Below, piece after piece: positions 54,850 to 64,000 of a stretch of DNA of 64,000 bases. This stretch comes from Auanema rhodensis (Eukaryota > Animalia > Nematoda). The stretch is from contig OZ059897.1 in assembly GCA_964057225.1 (NCBI GenBank), positions 3,720,001-3,784,000 on the forward strand, given 5' to 3'. Position numbers and translations under genes: made by a program. The notes beneath the pieces were generated by a model. The model was not told the DNA's origin and did not search any database. It saw only the letters and a program-made list of their open reading frames with translations. Numbering within the stretch: position 1 is the stretch's first letter; each line of letters starts with the position of its first letter.

Positions 54850-57800
54850 ATTTTTCAAACGATCATAACTAATTTTTGTATGGAGCGTTTCTCAATGTAG
54901 TATAGTGCATTCGATGCGGATTTTTAAGCTGCGTTGATCTGTGTTATCAGATTTGCGCTAGCTTAAAAATGCACCGAGATATCAACTGATATATGTTCAC
55001 ACTTATATCCTCGATTTTCACCCTGAAGAATTAATTTTTTCGTTGAATAACATTGTCCATCGTCTTTGCCTTGAAAAAAGGAATCTAAAAACATCTACTT
55101 TTTGTGAAATTATTTAGAAATTTTTCGGGAAAATTTTTGTCAAAATGTTTTTGGAAGCAATGTTGAGTGTACATGGGAACTCAACATACACTAATGCATT
55201 ATTTTTCAAACGATCATAACTAATTTTTGTATGGAGCGTTTTTCAATGTAGTATAGTGCATTCGATGCGAATTTTTAAGCTGCGTTGATCTGTGTTATCA
55301 GATTTGCGCTAGCTTAAAAATGCACCGAGTAATCAACTGATATAGGTTCACACTTATATCCTCGATTTTCACCCTGAAGAATTAATTTTTTCGTTGAATA
55401 ACATTGTCCATCGTCTTTGCCTTGAAAAAAGAAATCTAAAAACTCCTACTTTTTGTGAAATTATTTAGAAATTTTTCGGGAAAATTTTTGTCACAATGTT
55501 TTTGGAAGCAATGTTGAGTGTACATGGGAACTCAACATACACTAATGCATTATTTTTCAAACGATCATAACTAATTTTTGTATGGAGCGTTTCTTAATGT
55601 AGTATAGTGCATTCGATGCGGATTTTTAAGCTGCGTTGATCTGTGTTATCAGATTTGAGTTAACTTAAAAATGCACCGAGATATCAACTGATATAGGTTC
55701 ACACTTGTATCCTCGATTTTCACCCTGAAGAAATGATTTTTTCGTTGAAAAACATTGTCCATCGTCTTTGTCTTGAAAAAAGGAATTTAAAAACATCTAC
55801 TTTTTGTGAAATTATTTAGAAATTTTTCGGGAAAATTTTTGTCAAAATGTTTTTGGAAGCAATGTTGAGTGTACATGGGAACTCAACATACACTAATGCA
55901 TTATTTTTCAAACGATCATAACTAATTTTTGTATGGAGCGTTTCTCAATGTAGTATAGTGCATTCGATGCGGATTTTTAAGCTGCGTTGATCTGTGTTAT
56001 CAGATTTGCGCTAGCTTAAAAATGCACCGAGATATCAACTGATATATGTTCACACTTATATCCTCGATTTTCACCCTGAAGAAATGATTTTTTCGTTGAA
56101 TAACATTGTCCATCATCTTCGTCTTGAAAAAAGGAATCTAAAAACATCTACTTTTTGTGAAATTATTTAGAAATTTTTCGGGAAAATTTTTGTCAAAATG
56201 TTTTTGGAAGCAATGTTGAGTGTACATGGGAACTCAACATACACTAATGCATTATTTTTCAAACGATCATAACTAATTTTTGTATGGAGCGTTTTTCAAT
56301 GTAGTATAGTGCATTCGATGCGGATTTTTAAGCTGCGTTGATCTGTGTTATCAGATTTGCGCTAGCTTAAAAATGCACCGAGATATCAACTGATATATGT
56401 TCACACTTATATCCTCGATTTTCACCCTGAAGAAATGATTTTTTCGTTGAATAACATTGTCCATCATCTTCGTCTTGAAAAAAGGAATCTAAAAACATCT
56501 ACTTTTTGTGAAATTATTTAGAAATTTTTCGGGAAAATTTTTGTCAAAATGTTTTTGGAAGCAATGTTGAGTGTACATGGGAACTCAACATACACTAATG
56601 CATTATTTTTCAAACGATCATAACTAATTTTTGTATGGAGCGTTTTTCAATGTAGTATAGTGCATTCGATGCGAATTTTTAAGCTGCGTTGATCTGTGTT
56701 ATCAGATTTGCGCTAGCTTAAAAATGCACCGAGTAATCAACTGATATAGGTTCACACTTATATCCTCGATTTTCACCCTGAAGAATTAATTTTTTCGTTG
56801 AATAACATTGTCCATCGTCTTTGCCTTGAAAAAAGAAATCTAAAAACTCCTACTTTTTGTGAAATTATTTAGAAATTTTTCGGGAAAATTTTTGTCACAA
56901 TGTTTTTGGAAGCAATGTTGAGTGTACATGGGAACTCAACATACACTAATGCATTATTTTTCAAACGATCATAACTAATTTTTGTATGGAGCGTTTCTTA
57001 ATGTAGTATAGTGCATTCGATGCGGATTTTTAAGCTGCGTTGATCTGTGTTATCAGATTTGAGTTAACTTAAAAATGCACCGAGATATCAACTGATATAG
57101 GTTCACACTTGTATCCTCGATTTTCACCCTGAAGAAATGATTTTTTCGTTGAAAAACATTGTCCATCGTCTTTGTCTTGAAAAAAGGAATTTAAAAACAT
57201 CTACTTTTTGTGAAATTATTTAGAAATTGTTCGGGAAAATTTTTGTCAAAATGTTTTTGGAAGCAATGTTGAGTGTACATGGGAACTCAACATACACTAA
57301 TGCATTATTTTTCAAACGATCATAACTAATTTTTGTATGGAGCGTTTTTCAATGTAGTATAGTGCATTCGATGCGAATTTTTAAGCTGCGTTGATCTGTG
57401 TTATCAGATTTGCGCTAGCTTAAAAATGCACCGAGTAATCAACTGATATAGGTTCACACTTATATCCTCGATTTTCACCCTGAAGAATTAATTTTTTCGT
57501 TGAATAACATTGTCCATCGTCTTTGCCTTGAAAAAAGAAATCTAAAAACTCCTACTTTTTGTGAAATTATTTAGAAATTTTTCGGGAAAATTTTTGTCAC
57601 AATGTTTTTGGAAGCAATGTTGAGTGTACATGGGAACTCAACATACACTAATGCATTATTTTTCAAACGATCATAACTAATTTTTGTATGGAGCGTTTCT
57701 TAATGTAGTATAGTGCATTCGATGCGGATTTTTAAGCTGCGTTGATCTGTGTTATCAGATTTGAGTTAACTTAAAAATGCACCGAGATATCAACTGATAT

Positions 57801-58000
57801 AGGTTCACACTTGTATCCTCGATTTTCACCCTGAAGAAATGATTTTTTCGTTGAAAAACATTGTCCATCGTCTTCGTCTTGAAAAAAGGAATTTAAAAAC
57901 ATCTACTTTTTGTGAAATTATTTAGAAATTTTTCGGGAAAATTTTTGTCAAAATGTTTTTGGAAGCAATGTTGAGTGTACATGGGAACTCAACATACACT
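54850..58000. repeat. 4-mer then dimer local duplications
   Basis: GCGAATTT occurs at 55267, 56671 (+1404) and 57373 (+702). GAATTTA occurs at 55784, 57188 and 57890. Confidence 0.8.
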
Positions 58001-59850
58001 AATGCATTATTTTTCAAACGATCATAACTAATTTTTGTATAGAGCGTTTCTCAATGTAGTATAGTGCATTCGATGCGGATTTTTAAGCTGCGTTGATCTG
58101 TGTTATCAGATTTGAGTTAACTTAAAAATGCACCGAGATATCAACTGATATAGGTTCACACTTATATCCTCGATTTTCACCCTGAAGAATTAATTTTTTC
58201 GTTGAATAACATTGTCCATCGTCTTTGCCTTGGAAAAAGAAATCTAAAAACATCTACTTTTTGTGAAATTATTTAGAAATTTTTCGGGAAAAATTTTGTC
58301 AAAATGTTTTTGGAAGCAATGTTGAGTGTACATGGGAACTCAACATACACTAATGCATTATTTTTCAAACGATCATAACTAATTTTTGTATGGAGCGTTT
58401 CTTAATGTAGTATAGTGCATTCGATGCAGATTTTTAAGCTGCGTTGATCTGTGTTATCAGATTTGCGCTAGCTTAAAAATGCACCGAGTAATCAACTGAT
58501 ATAGGTTCACACTTATATCCTCGATTTTCACCCTGAAGAATTAATTTTTTCGTTGAATAACATTGTCCATCGTCTTTGCCTTGAAAAAAGAAATCTAAAA
58601 ACTCCTACTTTTTGTGAAATTATTTAGAAATTTTTCGGGAAAATTTTTGTCAAAATGTTTTTGGAAGCAATGTTGAGTGTACATGGGAACTCAACATACA
58701 CTAATGCATTATTTTTCAAACGATCATAACTAATTTTTGTATAGAGCGTTTCTCAATGTAGTATAGTGCATTCGATGCGGATTTTTAAGCTGCGTTGATC
58801 TGTGTTATCAGATTTGAGTTAGCTTAAAAATGCACCGAGATATCAACTGATATATGTTCACACTTATATCCTCGATTTTCACCCTGAAGAAATGATTTTT
58901 TCGTTGAATAACATTGTCCATCATCTTCGTCTTGAAAAAAGGAATCTAAAAACATCTACTTTTTGTGAAATTATTTAGAAATTTTTCGGGAAAATTTTTG
59001 TCAAAATGTTTTTGGAAGCAATGTTGAGTGTACATGGGAACTCAACATACACTAATGCATTATTTTTCAAACGATCATAACTAATTTTTGTATAGAGCGT
59101 TTCTCAATGTAGTATAGTGCATTCGATGCGGATTTTTAAGCTGCGTTGATCTGTGTTATCAGATTTGAGTTAACTTAAAAATGCACCGAGATATCAACTG
59201 ATATAGGTTCACACTTATATCCTCGATTTTCACCCTGAAGAATTAATTTTTTCGTTGAATAACATTGTCCATCGTCTTTGCCTTGGAAAAAGAAATCTAA
59301 AAACATCTACTTTTTGTGAAATTATTTAGAAATTTTTCGGGAAAATTTTTGTCAAAATGTTTTTGGAAGCAATGTTGAGTGTACATGGGAACTCAACATA
59401 CACTAATGCATTATTTTTCAAACGATCATAACTAATTTTTGTATGGAGCGTTTCTCAATGTAGTATAGTGCATTCGATGCAGATTTTTAAGCTGCGTTGA
59501 TCTGTGTTATCAGATTTGCGCTAGCTTAAAAATGCACCGAGTAATCAACTGATATAGGTTCACACTTATATCCTCGATTTTCACCCTGAAGAATTAATTT
59601 TTTCGTTGAATAACATTGTCCATCGTCTTTGCCTTGAAAAAAGAATTCTAAAAACTCCTACTTTTTGTGAAATTATTTAGAAATTTTTCGGGAAAATTTT
59701 TGTCAAAATGTTTTTGGAAGCAATGTTGAGTGTACATGGGAACTCAACATACACTAATGCATTATTTTTCAAACGATCATAACTAATTTTTGTATAGAGC
59801 GTTTCTCAATGTAGTATAGTGCATTCGATGCGGATTTTTAAGCTGCGTTG
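58000..59850. repeat. 3-monomer duplication (1053 bp)
   Basis: CCTTGGAAAA 58228/59281 and ATGCAGA 58424/59477. Confidence 0.8.
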
Positions 59851-60039
59851 ATCTGTGTTATCAGATTTGCGCTAGCTTAAAAATTCACCGAGTAATCAAC
59901 TGATATAGGTTCACACTTATATCCTCGATTTTCACCCTGAAGAAATGATTTTTTCGTTGAATAACATTGTCCATCGTCTTTGCCTTGAAAAAAGAAATCT
60001 AAAAACTCCTACTTTTTGTGAAATTATTTAGAAATTTTT

Positions 60040-63000
60040 CGGGAAAATTTTTGTCACAATGTTTTTGGAAGCAATGTTGAGTGTACATGGGAACTCAACA
60101 TACACTAATGCATTATTTTTCAAACGATCATAACTAATTTTTGTATGGAGCGTTTCTCAATGTAGTATAGTGCATTCGATGCAGATTTTTAAGCTGCGTT
60201 GATCTGTGTTATCAGATTTGCGCTAGCTTAAAAATGCACCGAGTAATCAACTGATATAGGTTCACACTTATATCCTCGATTTTCACCCTGAAGAATTAAT
60301 TTTTTCGTTGAATAACATTGTCCATCGTCTTTGCCTTGAAAAAAGAAATCTAAAAACTCCTACTTTTTGTGAAATTATTTAGAAATTTTTCGGGAAAATT
60401 TTTGTCAAAATGTTTTTGGAAGCAATGTTGAGTGTACATGGGAACTCAACATACACTAATGCATTATTTTTCAAACGATCATAACTAATTTTTGTATAGA
60501 GCGTTTCTCAATGTAGTATAGTGCATTCGATGCGGATTTTTAAGCTGCGTTGATCTGTGTTATCAGATTTGAGTTAGCTTAAAAATGCACCGAGATATCA
60601 ACTGATATATGTTCACACTTATATCCTCGATTTTCACCCTGAAGAAATGATTTTTTCGTTGAATAACATTGTCCATCATCTTCGTCTTGAAAAAAGGAAT
60701 CTAAAAACATCTACTTTTTGTGAAATTATTTAGAAATTTTTCGGGAAAATTTTTGTCAAAATGTTTTTGGAAGCAATGTTGAGTGTACATGGGAACTCAA
60801 CATACACTAATGCATTATTTTTCAAACGATCATAACTAATTTTTGTATGGAGCGTTTCTCAATGTAGTATAGTGCATTCGATGCGAATTTTTAAGCTGCG
60901 TTGATCTGTGTTATCAGATTTGCGCTAGCTTAAAAATGCACCGAGTAATCAACTGATATAGGTTCACACTTATATCCTCGATTTTCACCCTGAAGAATTA
61001 ATTTTTTCGTTGAATAACATTGTCCATCGTCTTTGCCTTGAAAAAAGAAATCTAAAAACTCCTACTTTTTGTGAAATTATTTAGAAATTTTTCGGGAAAA
61101 TTTTTGTCACAATGTTTTTGGAAGCAATGTTGAGTGTACATGGGAACTCAACATACACTAATGCATTATTTTTCAAACGATCATAACTAATTTTTGTATA
61201 GAGCGTTTCTTGATGTAGTATAGTGCATTCGATGCGGATTTTTAAGCTGCGTTGATCTGTGTTATCAGATTTGCGCTAGCTTAAAAATGCACCGAGTAAT
61301 CAACTGATATAGGTTCACACTTATATCCTCGATTTTCACCCTGAAGAATTAATTTTTTCGTTGAATAACATTGTCCATCGTCTTTGCCTTGAAAAAAGAA
61401 ATCTAAAAACTCCTACTTTTTGTGAAATTATTTAGAAATTTTTCGGGAAAATTTTTGTCACAATGTTTTTGGAAGCAATGTTGAGTGTACATGGGAACTC
61501 AACATACACTAATGCATTATTTTTCAAACGATCATAACTAATTTTTGTATAGAGCGTTTCTTAATGTAGTATAGTGCATTCGATGCGGATTTTTAAGCTG
61601 CGTTGATCTGAGTTATCAGATTTGAGTTAGCTTAAAAATGCACCGAGATATCAACTGATATATGTTCACACATATATCCTCGATTTTCACCCTGAAGAAA
61701 TGATTTTTTCGTTGAATAACATTGTCCATCGTCTTTGCCTTGAAAAAAGAAATCTAAAAACTCCTACTTTTTGTGAAATTATTTAGAAATTTTTCGGGAA
61801 AATTTTTGTCACAATGTTTTTGGAAGCAATGTTGAGTGTACATGGGAACTCAACATACACTAATGCATTATTTTTCAAACGATCATAACTAATTTTTGTA
61901 TAGAGCGTTTCTTAATGTAGTATAGTGCATTCGATGCGGATTTTTAAGCTGCGTTGATCTGAGTTATCAGATTTGAGTTAGCTTAAAAATGCACCGAGAT
62001 ATCAACTGATATATGTTCACACATATATCCTCGATTTTCACCCTGAAGAAATGATTTTTTCGTTGAATAACATTGTCCATCGTCTTCGTCTTGAAAAAAG
62101 GAATTTAAAAACTCCTACTTTTTGTGAAATTATTTAGAAATTTTTCGGGAAAATTTTTGTCACAATGTTTTTGGAAGCAATGTTGAGTGTACATGGGAAC
62201 TCAACATACACTAATGCATTATTTTTCAAACGATCATAACTAATTTTTGTATGGAGCGTTTCTCAATGTAGTATAGTGCATTCGATGCAGATTTTTAAGC
62301 TGCGTTGATCTGTGTTATCAGATTTGCGCTAGCTTAAAAATGCACCGAGTAATCAACTGATATAGGTTCACACTTATATCCTCGATTTTCACCCTGAAGA
62401 ATTAATTTTTTCGTTGAATAACATTGTCCATCGTCTTTGCCTTGAAAAAAGAAATCTAAAAACTCCTACTTTTTGTGAAATTATTTAGAAATTTTTCGGG
62501 AAAATTTTTGTCAAAATGTTTTTGGAAGCAATGTTGAGTGTACATGGGAACTCAACATACACTAATGCATTATTTTTCAAACGATCATAACTAATTTTTG
62601 TATAGAGCGTTTCTCAATGTAGTATAGTGCATTCGATGCGGATTTTTAAGCTGCGTTGATCTGTGTTATCAGATTTGAGTTAGCTTAAAAATGCACCGAG
62701 ATATCAACTGATATATGTTCACACTTATATCCTCGATTTTCACCCTGAAGAAATGATTTTTTCGTTGAATAACATTGTCCATCATCTTCGTCTTGAAAAA
62801 AGGAATCTAAAAACATCTACTTTTTGTGAAATTATTTAGAAATTTTTCGGGAAAATTTTTGTCAAAATGTTTTTGGAAGCAATGTTGAGTGTACATGGGA
62901 ACTCAACATACACTAATGCATTATTTTTCAAACGATCATAACTAATTTTTGTATGGAGCGTTTCTCAATGTAGTATAGTGCATTCGATGCGAATTTTTAA

Positions 63001-63840
63001 GCTGCGTTGATCTGTGTTATCAGATTTGCGCTAGCTTAAAAATGCACCGAGTAATCAACTGATATAGGTTCACACTTATATCCTCGATTTTCACCCTGAA
63101 GAATTAATTTTTTCGTTGAATAACATTGTCCATCGTCTTTGCCTTGAAAAAAGAAATCTAAAAACTCCTACTTTTTGTGAAATTATTTAGAAATTTTTCG
63201 GGAAAATTTTTGTCACAATGTTTTTGGAAGCAATGTTGAGTGTACATGGGAACTCAACATACACTAATGCATTATTTTTCAAACGATCATAACTAATTTT
63301 TGTATAGAGCGTTTCTTGATGTAGTATAGTGCATTCGATGCGGATTTTTAAGCTGCGTTGATCTGTGTTATCAGATTTGCGCTAGCTTAAAAATGCACCG
63401 AGTAATCAACTGATATAGGTTCACACTTATATCCTCGATTTTCACCCTGAAGAATTAATTTTTTCGTTGAATAACATTGTCCATCGTCTTTGCCTTGAAA
63501 AAAGAAATCTAAAAACTCCTACTTTTTGTGAAATTATTTAGAAATTTTTCGGGAAAATTTTTGTCACAATGTTTTTGGAAGCAATGTTGAGTGTACATGG
63601 GAACTCAACATACACTAATGCATTATTTTTCAAACGATCATAACTAATTTTTGTATAGAGCGTTTCTTAATGTAGTATAGTGCATTCGATGCGGATTTTT
63701 AAGCTGCGTTGATCTGAGTTATCAGATTTGAGTTAGCTTAAAAATGCACCGAGATATCAACTGATATATGTTCACACATATATCCTCGATTTTCACCCTG
63801 AAGAAATGATTTTTTCGTTGAATAACATTGTCCATCGTCT
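60040..63840. repeat. 6-monomer duplication (2106 bp)
   Basis: ATGCAGA 60179/62285, GCGAATTT 60883/62989, CTTGATG 61209/63315 and CTGAGTT 61608/63714. Confidence 0.88.
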
Positions 63841-64000
63841 TCGTCTTGAAAAAAGGAATTTAAAAACTCCTACTTTTTGTGAAATTATTTAGAAATTTTT
63901 CGGGAAAATTTTTGTCACAATGTTTTTGGAAGCAATGTTGAGTGTACATGGGAACTCAACATACACTAATGCATTATTTTTCAAACGATCATAACTAATT

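Larger units (their letters stand above)
1..64000. repeat. Tandem satellite DNA array, 351-bp monomer, about 182.3 copies, single orientation
   Basis: The monomer start TGAAATTATT recurs at 1, 352, 7021 (20x351) and 14041 (40x351). After three 1-bp deletions it recurs at 25621, 32641, 39661, 46681, 53701, 60721 and 63880. Copies differ mainly by substitutions at a limited set of recurrent sites. No unique sequence is visible. Confidence 0.99.

Noticed and set aside
629-54868. Repeated 62-aa + strand ORFs (MIFSLKNIVHRL...)
   Set aside because: They are open only where a T>C variant (ATTTAG to ATTCAG) removes a stop, and most monomers keep the stop. There is no recognisable domain, and the F/K/N/I-rich composition simply reflects AT-rich DNA.
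1-64000. CRISPR array or repeat-spacer system
   Set aside because: There are no unique spacers. The whole 351 bp repeats with only point variants, and no cas genes are present.
1-64000. Transposon, MITE or Helitron insertion or origin
   Set aside because: There is no register break larger than 1 bp, and no terminal inverted repeats, target-site duplications or coding remnants.
1-64000. Synthetic concatemer or rolling-circle read artefact
   Set aside because: Variants are shared in nested, position-dependent patterns with almost no indels. That fits evolved duplications rather than random read errors on one template.

Overview
The whole 64-kb window is one uninterrupted head-to-tail tandem array of a 351-bp AT-rich monomer (first copy about 32% GC by hand count). 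It holds 182 complete copies plus 121 bp, all in the same orientation. I see no genes, RNA genes, transposons, CRISPR spacers or unique flanks, and all 25 listed ORFs are in-register by-products of single-base variants of the monomer. This is most simply eukaryotic satellite DNA, plausibly centromeric or pericentromeric, but I cannot name the family or organism. Register tracking shows only three 1-bp deletions in 64 kb, two of them copies of one event. Shared variants reveal a patchwork of local higher-order repeats (HORs) with periods of 2, 3, 4, 5, 6, 7, 9, 10 and 15/16 monomers. The monomer is rich in dyad symmetries and carries an incomplete hammerhead-ribozyme-like motif. That motif is the only lead toward an unusual function, and it is speculative because it fails two structural criteria. 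HOR boundaries were read by eye and are approximate (to within about a monomer).
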